DNA from: a virus
Direction: 5' to 3' (one strand)
DNA length: 64,000 nucleotides
IMG/VR virus record: IMGVR_UViG_3300025411_000008
Coordinates: 1 to 64,000 of that record
Shown here one piece after another: positions 9,277-17,561 of the stretch (within the stretch, counting starts at the first letter, position 1; each line of letters starts with the position of its first letter). The position numbers and the translations under genes were made by a program. The notes beneath the pieces are model-generated. The model was not told where the DNA came from. It made no database searches and worked only from the letters and a program-made list of their open reading frames with translations.

Positions 9277-9913
9277 CCGTGCAAGACCAGCCTGCTTCTT
9301 TATACCAATTAATCACTTCTTCCGGGGTTTCGTGTTTCTTGCCATTGGGCAAAATGCGATCGCGATGCCAGTATTCCCCAAAAATCTCAATGACTTCTTT
9401 TGTTTTTTCGTTGTAAAAATCAGGGATTTTAGATTTGCTACCGTTTTTAGAAATATATCTTCTTTTTTCAAACGATGCTTCGAACCCTAGCTTAGAAACA
9501 ACTGGGGCCAATCTTACCTCATATGAGCTGTAATTGATAAAGGCTTTATCAAACACGCCTTCTGCCCATTCGGTTCGCTTGCGCTCCGAGATCTTTTTCT
9601 TGGTCTCCTCTGTGTGAGGACGACCAGGTATTTTTTTCATAGCATCTGATATCTTTTGCTTGGTTTCCTCTAAGTGAGTTTTACCGAGGTTAGCTTCGCT
9701 TAATTTTTTACGAGTTGTTTCTGATACGGCTTTGCCTTTGTGAGCAATGCCGATCTTCTTCTTGTGCTCTTCCGGTAAGCTCTTGCCCTTCCTACCGTGT
9801 CCCCATAAATAAATTGAATTTTTATGTGTTGGTTTAACATTGAAGACACCACCACAACCGCATGCGCAAGTTCTTTCCATATAACCTATAGTGTTTCGCA
9901 TACGTTTATACAT
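9206..9913 (-). mobile_element. Free-standing homing endonuclease: NUMOD3 repeats plus Vsr-like PD-(D/E)XK domain
   Basis: CACGCG, repeated H.EETK.KIS (NUMOD3), PDF...IEIFGEYWH...VVW. AT-rich relative to flanks. Confidence 0.85.
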
Positions 9914-9930
9914 TGCTACTTGTCAAGTTT

Positions 9931-10293
9931 TTAATCATTTTCATGTAGCCATACGGTTGCACAAAGAGTTTTGAGTGCTTTTCTTTTGTACATACCCACC
10001 TGAGATGACCACTTAGTAAATCCCATGATTCTTGCTACTTCTACTTCCTTACGGTTCTCCAGACATGACAAAACGACTGCCTGCTTTTGACGCGGAGGCA
10101 GCCTGTCAATACCCTTAAGGATGTCGTAGATGTTTACTGTTACACCATTCAATAGCTTAAGATCAGGATTGCCAGTCGTTCTATATACTTCTTGCCATTC
10201 CCAATAGTTATTCAAGAGTCGCTCGAGCACTTGCCAGGTCATTTGACCCTGTACAACCTCTTGCTTACGGCTCTTTCTAGGAGTACTGCCCAC
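9931..10293 (-). CDS. Sigma70 region-4-like HTH protein
   Basis: IDRLPPRQKQAVVLSCLENRKEVEVARIMG. At 120 aa it is too short for a full sigma factor. Confidence 0.75.
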   Translation of the reverse strand: MGSTPRKSRKQEVVQGQMTWQVLERLLNNYWEWQEVYRTTGNPDLKLLNGVTVNIYDILKGIDRLPPRQKQAVVLSCLENRKEVEVARIMGFTKWSSQVGMYKRKALKTLCATVWLHEND

Positions 10294-10849
10294 CAGAACT
10301 CCTACGATACAATTGGTTTTGAATGTGACGTTGTGTAGCCTTTAAGCTATTTACCTTGTCATTGATGATACGCCAGGCAGCATACTGAACGAAGTAGAAT
10401 AGGCGGTCGTCACGCGTTTCCACACGAGCACGAGCATTAAGATCATTGGTTGTACCCTTAGCGTGCTTAATGTACGATGCGTTGTACTTATCATCAAGCA
10501 TGTAATAAGAGAACTGTGCCTTCAGATAGCGTCGAGTGACTTCACCCTCGATAGCAACGATAGCACTCTGAAGGTTAAGGAATAGACGGTCACCCTCTGC
10601 GCCGCTTATGCTGCTATCGCTGTTAAATCGAGCAATAATCACTTCAGCAGGGTTGATATACTCATCGATGAATGCTTCGACAGTAGTTTCAATGCTTTCC
10701 AGCATCTCTTTCTCTTCAGGCTTACCTTCCCACCTGAAAGAACGTACAACAAATCGGTGAAGATCACCGAACTTATCGTCGTGGGCCGTGTCGAGTTCAG
10801 GTTCGGTAAGGTGGTCTAAGCCTTTACGCAAGCCGGTATACGAACTCAT
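10277..10849 (-). CDS. Helical hypothetical protein (possibly UvsY-like recombination mediator)
   Basis: Coiled-coil-like C-terminal half and location in the recombination cluster. Weak call. Confidence 0.45.
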   Translation of the reverse strand: MSSYTGLRKGLDHLTEPELDTAHDDKFGDLHRFVVRSFRWEGKPEEKEMLESIETTVEAFIDEYINPAEVIIARFNSDSSISGAEGDRLFLNLQSAIVAIEGEVTRRYLKAQFSYYMLDDKYNASYIKHAKGTTNDLNARARVETRDDRLFYFVQYAAWRIINDKVNSLKATQRHIQNQLYRRSSGGQYS

Positions 10850-10877
10850 GTTCCATCCATTCTAGATTGACAATGAT

Positions 10878-10906
10878 ATTGTACCTTATATAAAGCAGCT
10901 TATCAA
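10878..10906 (-). promoter_or_regulatory. SigA/sigma70-type promoter
   Basis: TTGATA-N17-TACAAT, intergenic. Confidence 0.7.
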
Positions 10907-10915
10907 TGGGTTTAG

Positions 10916-11257
10916 TTATTTATTTGTGTAATACGTAAAGAGGTCGATCCACTGCTCAAGCGTCATCATAACGTAAGCATCCTTAACGTTCTTGTTACGA
11001 CGCTTGATGATAGCAATGCCAAACTTCTTCTTGGCATTCTTCTGCTCAACCAAGGTCTCATCCATGATGGTGGCGAGAACGATCTTTGCCCAGTTCTTAG
11101 CCTCTACAACAGTATCCTTGACACCATTGATGTCACCCTTGTCCAGAGTAGCTCCTGCACCGTAGCGACGCTCTACCTCTGGGAAACCACGTTCGTTGAA
11201 GTACTTAGCAACGTCGAGTTCCCACTTGCTACCCTTGGCCTTGTTAGGGTTGGTCAT
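10916..11257 (-). CDS. Holliday junction resolvase (Hjc-like PD-(D/E)XK)
   Basis: NKAKGSKWELDV...DKGDI...VVEAKN. Confidence 0.8.
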   Translation of the reverse strand: MTNPNKAKGSKWELDVAKYFNERGFPEVERRYGAGATLDKGDINGVKDTVVEAKNWAKIVLATIMDETLVEQKNAKKKFGIAIIKRRNKNVKDAYVMMTLEQWIDLFTYYTNK

Positions 11258-11495
11258 CGTTCACCCCATCACACCAGTGATCCCATTCGGCGTCGGCAAC
11301 AGACCCCTTATAACCGTCATCGTATCCACGTTCGTAGTTTGCCACTGCTCGCCGTTCTGCCTCATCGAGCGCATCCAGTACCTTGATTACGTCGCAGGGA
11401 GACTTTTCATACAGGCAGTAAGAACATTGATTCTTTTCGTCCTCACTGTGCTTTTCTCGTAAAACTTGGCGTTGTTCGAGTGACAGATTTGTCAC
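11244..11495 (-). CDS. Small H-CxxC-PC zinc-binding protein
   Basis: REKH...CSYC...SPCDVIKVLD. Confidence 0.6.
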   Translation of the reverse strand: MTNLSLEQRQVLREKHSEDEKNQCSYCLYEKSPCDVIKVLDALDEAERRAVANYERGYDDGYKGSVADAEWDHWCDGVNDDQP

Positions 11496-11785
11496 AATGC
11501 GTCCTTTGTGTTGGTTGTGACATATGTGTCACTGGTGTGTGCATCAATTATGTCAGAGAGTGCTTGGTAGCAATCCCACCATCCCATGTCGTATCCCTTG
11601 CGGTGCGCCAGTTCGGTTTCAGTGGGTGGGTAGCCAAGGTCAGTCATGCGCTTGTCGTCGGCTTCTACTTCTCCCTTCGACGGTGGCTTGTGCTTCAGCA
11701 GGCGCTCGGAGATGAGTTCTAAAAGGAGTTCCTCGACACGCTTGCTATGCACATCTCGTAGGGCTTGGCGTTCTTCGGGGGTCAT
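11492..11785 (-). CDS. Hypothetical protein
   Basis: Start and stop overlap both neighbours. Confidence 0.55.
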   Translation of the reverse strand: MTPEERQALRDVHSKRVEELLLELISERLLKHKPPSKGEVEADDKRMTDLGYPPTETELAHRKGYDMGWWDCYQALSDIIDAHTSDTYVTTNTKDAL

Positions 11786-11928
11786 CGGTTTCTCAACTTA
11801 AATGGGTAGGTCTTCCCTGGGTCTTGCGTCAGTTCTCCGCAGTCTGGGCAGAACAAGCTAGTGTAAGGTCGTTCTTCTTCTTCACCAAAGAAGTTTGTTA
11901 CCTTCTTAACGTGCTTACACTCACTCAT
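11782..11928 (-). CDS. Small zinc-ribbon protein (48 aa, below the ORF-track cutoff)
   Basis: MSECKH...FCPDCGE. Fills the gap and overlaps both neighbours. Confidence 0.55.
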   Translation of the reverse strand: MSECKHVKKVTNFFGEEEERPYTSLFCPDCGELTQDPGKTYPFKLRNR

Positions 11929-12677
11929 CACTTGTTCCAGTAGTGACAGATCTTACGGGCGGGACAACCTAAGAATACTTCATCCGTAGGCCCATTGCAA
12001 CAATGCTTAAGCTCAGATGGGTCATTCTTACTGATGGCTACACGCACACGTGACCACTTGTCGTATAGCTTATCCAGGGCTTCCTGGTCCTTCTTAACCT
12101 CGATCGTCTTGATCTTGTGGGGGTAAGCCTTCTGAATAAATAGCAAAGCCATGCGGTCAGGTGCACCAGGGCAATTGTCCTGATACACTCTGAGCTGCAT
12201 GGCATACTGCTCGCTGGCTTCCTTAGGAAGCTGATTGGTGCTCTTAATATCTACAAGGAATGTGCCATCAGGTGTTACAAGCTCCAGCACATCTACGGCC
12301 CCAGCAATCATCCGTTCCTCGTTGCGAAACTTCACTTCTACTTTGTCTAAAGTTGTAAACCCCAGGTGTATAAGAAGGTTCTGAAGCACTGAGTGAAAAA
12401 CCGAACCAACTTGGAAAGTCATAGCGAGGGTTGGAGTCATTCTTTGTTCTTGGCATTGTAGTCTCATTTCAGGATGGAATCTATAATATAGCTGCAATTC
12501 CCCTGCCATTACGTCTGAAGAAGGGTGATACATGTTATCAAATTTACGTTCCTTGTTGAATACCCGCACTGGGTACTCTTCAGGGAACACGTCACCCATC
12601 ATCAAAGCTTCTTCGATGTAACGCGTGATCGGTTCGTCATTCTGGTACGCAGCTAGCGTACGATCAAGAAAACTCAC
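11928..12677 (-). CDS. Cas4/RecB-like PD-(D/E)XK exonuclease
   Basis: GSVFH, GAVD, LVDIKS, QLRVY and a C-terminal Cys cluster. Confidence 0.85.
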   Translation of the reverse strand: MSFLDRTLAAYQNDEPITRYIEEALMMGDVFPEEYPVRVFNKERKFDNMYHPSSDVMAGELQLYYRFHPEMRLQCQEQRMTPTLAMTFQVGSVFHSVLQNLLIHLGFTTLDKVEVKFRNEERMIAGAVDVLELVTPDGTFLVDIKSTNQLPKEASEQYAMQLRVYQDNCPGAPDRMALLFIQKAYPHKIKTIEVKKDQEALDKLYDKWSRVRVAISKNDPSELKHCCNGPTDEVFLGCPARKICHYWNK

Positions 12678-12856
12678 TCTTTGTTCTCTCTCTTAATTGT
12701 TGCGTTGTAGTAACCACCATAGATCTTTGCAGAGGATTCTATGACTTCCCATGTGTTATTCTTTACTTCAACAGCGTATGCATTGATATACTCATCAAGG
12801 ATATTGTAAACCTTTGGTTCCTCTTTATTCATATATATCGTCAATCGTCCAAGCAC
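12674..12856 (-). CDS. Hypothetical protein
   Basis: Short coupled ORF. Confidence 0.45.
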   Translation of the reverse strand: MLGRLTIYMNKEEPKVYNILDEYINAYAVEVKNNTWEVIESSAKIYGGYYNATIKRENKE

Positions 12857-13064
12857 CGTGACGGCCTTGTTTAATCAAATTAAATGGGCCACATTTAGAT
12901 ACATAATAAATACCGGTCAAATTTTTTCTACATTCCCATCCGCCCCAGCCATTATTTATTTGAGAATGTTTAATGCTAAAAAATTTATTACCGCAGGCTG
13001 GGCAGTGATGTTCATCTTCTTTCCCCCAATCAAGACGGAACTGCAGTTGTGTTTCTTCAGTCAT
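12825..13064 (-). CDS. Small zinc-ribbon protein (AT-rich)
   Basis: CPACG...WEC...KC. Confidence 0.5.
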   Translation of the reverse strand: MTEETQLQFRLDWGKEDEHHCPACGNKFFSIKHSQINNGWGGWECRKNLTGIYYVSKCGPFNLIKQGRHGAWTIDDIYE

Positions 13065-13479
13065 TTTCTTTTTCCTTCAAACGTATGTAGTCATAGTATA
13101 GCTCAAGGAAGTCATCCTTGTCCATGCAGATAAGGTCTAGTTCTACCGGAAGAGTCTCAGGGGTATGTGAGATTGTACCACCCCAAGCAGCTTCCTGCTC
13201 GGTAGCACCGTACAAACGCACAGCAAGAATAGGTCTAGCTAGCCAGCTGCGATCCTGAGCATGACCTTTAATGGTATCCCAGATCTTCTTTGTAATACTA
13301 AACGATGCAGCCTGAGTAGCCTTCGCTTCAATGACGAACTCCATCATGTGTTGCTCTTTAGTGGAGAGGTCGCCCTTCTCCCACTTGTTACCAGAACCTA
13401 CGGTGCGGTGTGCAAGAGGCCATTGTTCTTCGAGCTCTCGCTCTTGGCGCTGGCTAAATTTTTGCTGGTAAAGTCCCAT
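13057..13479 (-). CDS. Second Holliday-junction-resolvase-like PD-(D/E)XK nuclease
   Basis: QE...RTVGSG...KGD...IEAK...SFSI. Confidence 0.7.
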   Translation of the reverse strand: MGLYQQKFSQRQERELEEQWPLAHRTVGSGNKWEKGDLSTKEQHMMEFVIEAKATQAASFSITKKIWDTIKGHAQDRSWLARPILAVRLYGATEQEAAWGGTISHTPETLPVELDLICMDKDDFLELYYDYIRLKEKEND

Positions 13480-13658
13480 TCTTCTGTCAACTTTCCAAAG
13501 GAAGGGCTAACAACGATAAAATCATTGTGACTATCTTCCATCATATCATAGATATTCTTAACAAACTTCTTTAGTTTGCGTGGTAGTCTAGTTGCATACT
13601 CGATATGCATACGCTTACCATCATACTTGACCGCCCAAATATTATACGGACTGAGCAT
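13398..13658 (-). CDS. Hypothetical protein
   Basis: ORF track. Overlaps the downstream gene. Confidence 0.4.
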   Translation of the reverse strand: MLSPYNIWAVKYDGKRMHIEYATRLPRKLKKFVKNIYDMMEDSHNDFIVVSPSFGKLTEEWDFTSKNLASAKSESSKNNGLLHTAP

Positions 13659-13796
13659 CTAGCTTTCCTCTCAGCACTACATTCTCTTCACGGAGCTTGG
13701 TGTTCTCATTGACGTAATAGTTGACTTGGGCATAGGTTTCCCTGAGCTGTAGCTCGAGCTTCTTATACTCGTTACGCCAGTAACCCTCTGTCTCCA

Positions 13797-14126
13797 TTAC
13801 TTCTTTTTCTTTGTATTGAAGAGTGGGAACCGGAAGTAGTTACCCTTATCAATCTCACGCATCGTTCTCATGGCTTCAGTTAGGCCAACTGCATAGCCAC
13901 TGTTGAAATCGCTGGGTGAGTTTTCAATCTTTGAAAATGCTTCTACGTTCAATGCATATACCTGCTGGATAGCATGATTAAGTTTTCTTCCCACGATTTG
14001 ATTCTCCTTGTTCAGTGTTTTGAACTCTTTCCTGAGTTCCTTATAAGCTTTTTTCAGTTCTGATGCTTTTTTAACTTTTGATTTTCCCGAAACTTTTTTA
14101 GACGGTCTCTCTCGCACTGACGACAT
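13797..14126 (-). CDS. Basic coiled-coil hypothetical protein
   Basis: ORF track. Confidence 0.5.
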   Translation of the reverse strand: MSSVRERPSKKVSGKSKVKKASELKKAYKELRKEFKTLNKENQIVGRKLNHAIQQVYALNVEAFSKIENSPSDFNSGYAVGLTEAMRTMREIDKGNYFRFPLFNTKKKK

Positions 14127-14479
14127 GATCTTGTCTTATCCTTCCTAATTTTTGTGTTCTTCTGGTCAAATGGGTGGCCGTTGATACACTCTGTCTTGAT
14201 GAAGTTAAGCGCAGCGATGCTCTTACCTCTCAAGATGTTAACGCGGTTGGTGACAGGATCTAGGTGTCTAGGGTTGATACAACGCCTATTCTGACACATG
14301 TGGTCAAGCACCAAGCCCTCTGGGATAGGTCCACGCAATAATTCCCAAGCAAGACGGTGTGGGAGGTAGCCATTCCTACCATTGTGGTGGATGCTGCCAT
14401 AGCCACGGTTGGCTACGCTGCCAGTCCATACCCAGCAGTCGCCCTCACGCTCTACCTTGCTCCATAAGTTACGCTTCAT
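14054..14479 (-). CDS. HNH endonuclease
   Basis: CWVWTG...HRLAW...LDHMCQNRRCINPRHL...N, then CINGH and CRQC. Confidence 0.9.
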   Translation of the reverse strand: MKRNLWSKVEREGDCWVWTGSVANRGYGSIHHNGRNGYLPHRLAWELLRGPIPEGLVLDHMCQNRRCINPRHLDPVTNRVNILRGKSIAALNFIKTECINGHPFDQKNTKIRKDKTRSCRQCERDRLKKFRENQKLKKHQN

Positions 14480-14610
14480 AGATGTAATGAATGTTTGGCT
14501 CTGGGTGGATGGTGCCTCTGATCATAGCAATCTGCAAAGAAGGTACGATACCATTGAGGTTCGTAATCTCTTCAATGCGCTTTAGCTTATCTTCGAGTTC
14601 ATCAACTCTG

Positions 14611-15027
14611 CTAAGCAGAAACTTCTGGGTGTATTCCATTTTGCTCCCTAAATAGACACAATGCGATCATGAAATAAACAGCGGCATCCATCAATGAATC
14701 TTCTACAGACTCATTCACCATTGTGCCACCACGTGCATACTTTTGGATACGACGTACCTTATCGTTGGCACGAATGACAGCACCAAGCCAGCCATCGATA
14801 CCAAAGTCTTCGCTAGCACGTACGTTTGCAAAGGGGTCGCCCTGCTCTGGACGACCGTAATCAGACTGTTTCTTGGTGTGGAGATCATGGATCTCTTGCA
14901 GCACCTTTTCAAACTCTGTAGGCTCAACCGGCTTTTCGTATTTTGATAGCAAAGAATCTTTGCCCTTACCGACGCTGCTCATGATTCCTCCATAGGTTCT
15001 GCTACCCAATTTTCCCATAGGTTGCAC
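14611..15027 (-). CDS. DUF1599 / nucleotide-modification-associated domain 1 (all-alpha) protein; likely start MSSVGK
   Basis: KQSDYG...DPFAN...R..DK..RI...ESVEDSLMD.AVY. Confidence 0.7.
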   Translation of the reverse strand: MQPMGKLGSRTYGGIMSSVGKGKDSLLSKYEKPVEPTEFEKVLQEIHDLHTKKQSDYGRPEQGDPFANVRASEDFGIDGWLGAVIRANDKVRRIQKYARGGTMVNESVEDSLMDAAVYFMIALCLFREQNGIHPEVSA

Positions 15028-15161
15028 TTGGTAGGGTAGTGCTGACCGTTGTTAAACGTGTGTACCCAAGTACCATCAGCACCTTGAAGGACTTCCTTGG
15101 TGTTGCCAAACTTTTTTAAGCAGTTTAAGCACGTGGATACTTTAGGTACGTAATCAGTCAT
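14979..15161 (-). CDS. Small CxxC..H..C protein
   Basis: CLNC...WVH...KC. Confidence 0.5.
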   Translation of the reverse strand: MTDYVPKVSTCLNCLKKFGNTKEVLQGADGTWVHTFNNGQHYPTKCNLWENWVAEPMEES

Positions 15162-15314
15162 CTTCGGTTAGGTCCCAGACAGGATCGCCAATGATCTTTA
15201 CTCGACCATCTTCCAAGCGGAGAGAGGTCTGCTCGTGGACACGAATACCAGCTAGGTTATCTGGCCAGCCTTCAGCATCAACGTAGAGCGTTACGCCTTC
15301 GTATTCTTCTTCAC

Positions 15315-15506
15315 TCATTCGGTGTCCTTCGATGGGTCGAGCTCATCAGTAGGCTTAGGAAGCTCTACAACAATGAGATCTTCTGGTGCCAATTCTTCAA
15401 ATTCTGTGTAGGTTCCAGCCCATTCAACCACTGGGTTGCCTGAACTTGCAACACCAACGATAGTGCCAACTGACGTTACGGATACTACTGTGTCTCCAAC
15501 TTGCAT
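15315..15506 (-). CDS. Small KOW/SH3-like beta-barrel hypothetical protein
   Basis: MQVGDTV...GTIVG...VVEW. Confidence 0.5.
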   Translation of the reverse strand: MQVGDTVVSVTSVGTIVGVASSGNPVVEWAGTYTEFEELAPEDLIVVELPKPTDELDPSKDTE

Positions 15507-15663
15507 TACAACATACCTGCTTTCATAATAAGGGTTGCTTCTTTAAATTTTCTTGGCACAATCTCGCTCATCTTTTCGAGTTGCTCGTCTGTAACGCCAA
15601 CTTCTTGCATAGCTTCAATCACGATGCGGACCATGACACTAGCTGTATCTTGTTCCATTGTTC

Positions 15664-16779
15664 TTAGACCTCAGGATCGTGCAGGTCGTCTGTGTCTGCT
15701 GTCAGTGGTCGGCCAAAGAACTCATCGCCTTCAACCTCTGTGATGCCTGAGCCCTTCTTGATGGCATCGACGATCTCTGCCTCGAACTCTTCTGCCTTGC
15801 CGCTGTTCCAGATCTGCTCGAAGAAAGCGTCACGGCCTTGTGCCTTGATGTCACGCCAGGTGAACCAAGCTCCTCCACGATGTGCTACCCCCAAAAGGAT
15901 ACCCATACGTGCTAGGTCTCTGCGAGTGTCGATGCCTGGGTGGTCCAGGAAGACACATGGTTGACTGTAGAAGTCAGTCCAACCCTCACGGAAAGGAGGG
16001 CCGTAGCTATTCTTTACGGTCTTAAGAACGATAGGATTACCAACCTGAGTGTTCTCGCCATTGATCTTGTCAAAGTACTTATCGCTTCCTGGGCGTAGGT
16101 AGATGCGTACGCTCATCGCATGCTTTACTGCGTGGCCACCTGGGGTCATAGGGCGGTTGTAACCATCCATGTCAGCACGGAGCTGGTTCAGGTAGAAACA
16201 GGTAACACCGTAGAGGTTGGCAAGAGGGGCAACCGTCTGTACGTTACGCTTCATCACTGCAGCGTTGCCACCCATCTTGTCATTCTTGTCCGTGAGCTGC
16301 TGCATGCTGTGCTTAGTAGCTGCTGCACCAACTGAGTCCCAGACAATTGCACCAATCTGCTTGCTCTTGATGAGGGCAACCATCATGTCAGTGCCGGTCT
16401 CGGCATCTGGTGGCTGTACAACGATGAGGTTCTCATCAATCTTGAGGCCAAGCTTCTCTGCCCACTCAGGGTTAAAGCGGTGCTCGAGGTCGATGATGGC
16501 AACCATCTTCTCACCCTTGTAGTAGTCGTAGCAGTCCTTCAGTGCCATGATGGCGAACGAAGTCTTACCCGAGTGCTCCTTACCGAAGAACTCAATTAGC
16601 TTACCCTCGGGCCAACCACCAATGCCCAGCAGATAAGCTAGAGCAGGTGTGAAGCAGGGGATAGCGTTCACCTTCTCGATGTTGCTACCACGGAGAACCA
16701 ACGGCTTGGTCGATCCCTCAGGGGTAAACTTGTTTAGATCAGCGATTAGCTTATCCATTGCGTCTGTTGTTCTAGCCAT
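15664..16779 (-). CDS. recA: RecA-like recombinase
   Basis: GGWPEGKLIEFFGKEHSGKTS, DLEH, IVWDSV, NQLR, TPGG.AVKH. Confidence 0.95.
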   Translation of the reverse strand: MARTTDAMDKLIADLNKFTPEGSTKPLVLRGSNIEKVNAIPCFTPALAYLLGIGGWPEGKLIEFFGKEHSGKTSFAIMALKDCYDYYKGEKMVAIIDLEHRFNPEWAEKLGLKIDENLIVVQPPDAETGTDMMVALIKSKQIGAIVWDSVGAAATKHSMQQLTDKNDKMGGNAAVMKRNVQTVAPLANLYGVTCFYLNQLRADMDGYNRPMTPGGHAVKHAMSVRIYLRPGSDKYFDKINGENTQVGNPIVLKTVKNSYGPPFREGWTDFYSQPCVFLDHPGIDTRRDLARMGILLGVAHRGGAWFTWRDIKAQGRDAFFEQIWNSGKAEEFEAEIVDAIKKGSGITEVEGDEFFGRPLTADTDDLHDPEV

Positions 16780-16906
16780 ACAGCTCCTCCAATTTTACTT
16801 CAACGAATTCTTCGATGTTGCTTATCCTATAATACTGAGCATCACGCATCATATTATAGTAGGTCCTATCATCAATATCAATTGTAATCTGCACTACATT
16901 CCTTTT

Positions 16907-17059
16907 CTAACTGTCTAGTGCTCTGATGACATCACAAGGCCATGTTTGAATAAGTGTGTTATTCGGACCTTTGCAACCTACACAATAATTCATGTTGCCC
17001 TTCTTACCTTGGTTCTGGAAGATGGGTTGATGCTTATCGTATAGATCTTCACGTGTCAT
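16907..17059 (-). CDS. Small H-CxxC-WPC zinc-binding protein (50 aa, not in track)
   Basis: MTREDLYDKHQP...YCVGCKG...TWPCDVIRALDS. Confidence 0.6.
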   Translation of the reverse strand: MTREDLYDKHQPIFQNQGKKGNMNYCVGCKGPNNTLIQTWPCDVIRALDS

Positions 17060-17364
17060 TATTCACCGTGCTTTTGTGAGTCGTTGTACTCTTCCTCAGT
17101 AGCGAATCGAATGCAGCAGCCATCACAACTGTGTTCGCCATTGTCAGTGCCAAGGATGATCTTAATGTCATCTGGGTCTGGGTGGCCGATGCCGTGGCTG
17201 CAGATGCGCTCCATGATGCCACGATCGAAGCGGTAGAACTGCTTGTAGCCTCTCATGTGATGATCTGTTCGATTGTGAATGGTGCAGGCGTCTGTGCTCT
17301 TGCACTCGTCTGGCTCATGTGCCAGCAGCTGGATGTTGCTGTTCTCTAAGTTCGCGTATTTCAT
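17059..17364 (-). CDS. Cys/His-rich phage protein
   Basis: CTIHNRTDHHM...MERICSHGIGHPDPD...HSCDGCC. Confidence 0.65.
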   Translation of the reverse strand: MKYANLENSNIQLLAHEPDECKSTDACTIHNRTDHHMRGYKQFYRFDRGIMERICSHGIGHPDPDDIKIILGTDNGEHSCDGCCIRFATEEEYNDSQKHGE

Positions 17365-17561
17365 TCTTCATCCTCCTCGATGAGTGTGTAACCGGTTGAT
17401 AGATTCTTGTTGCTTGGGCAGCGGTGAGATACCGAGCTAGCAATTGCCTCTACTACATTCTTGCACTTGGGGCACTGCCACTTCTTCATATTTTTAGTAC
17501 GAGCCATTCGCACTCCTTTCCTACTGGATGAAATACTACACTGCAGTTTTGAGCTTGTCAA
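17361..17561 (-). CDS. Small zinc-ribbon protein (likely start MARTK)
   Basis: WQCPKC...HRCP. Confidence 0.5.
   Translation of the reverse strand: MTSSKLQCSISSSRKGVRMARTKNMKKWQCPKCKNVVEAIASSVSHRCPSNKNLSTGYTLIEEDEE

Noticed and set aside
9880-9930. SigA promoter for homing endonuclease 1
   Set aside because: TTGACA is present but there is no convincing TAnnnT at 16-18 nt spacing.
11928-12677. CRISPR-Cas system suggested by the Cas4-like gene
   Set aside because: No repeat-spacer array or other cas genes were seen. Solo Cas4-like nucleases are common in phages.
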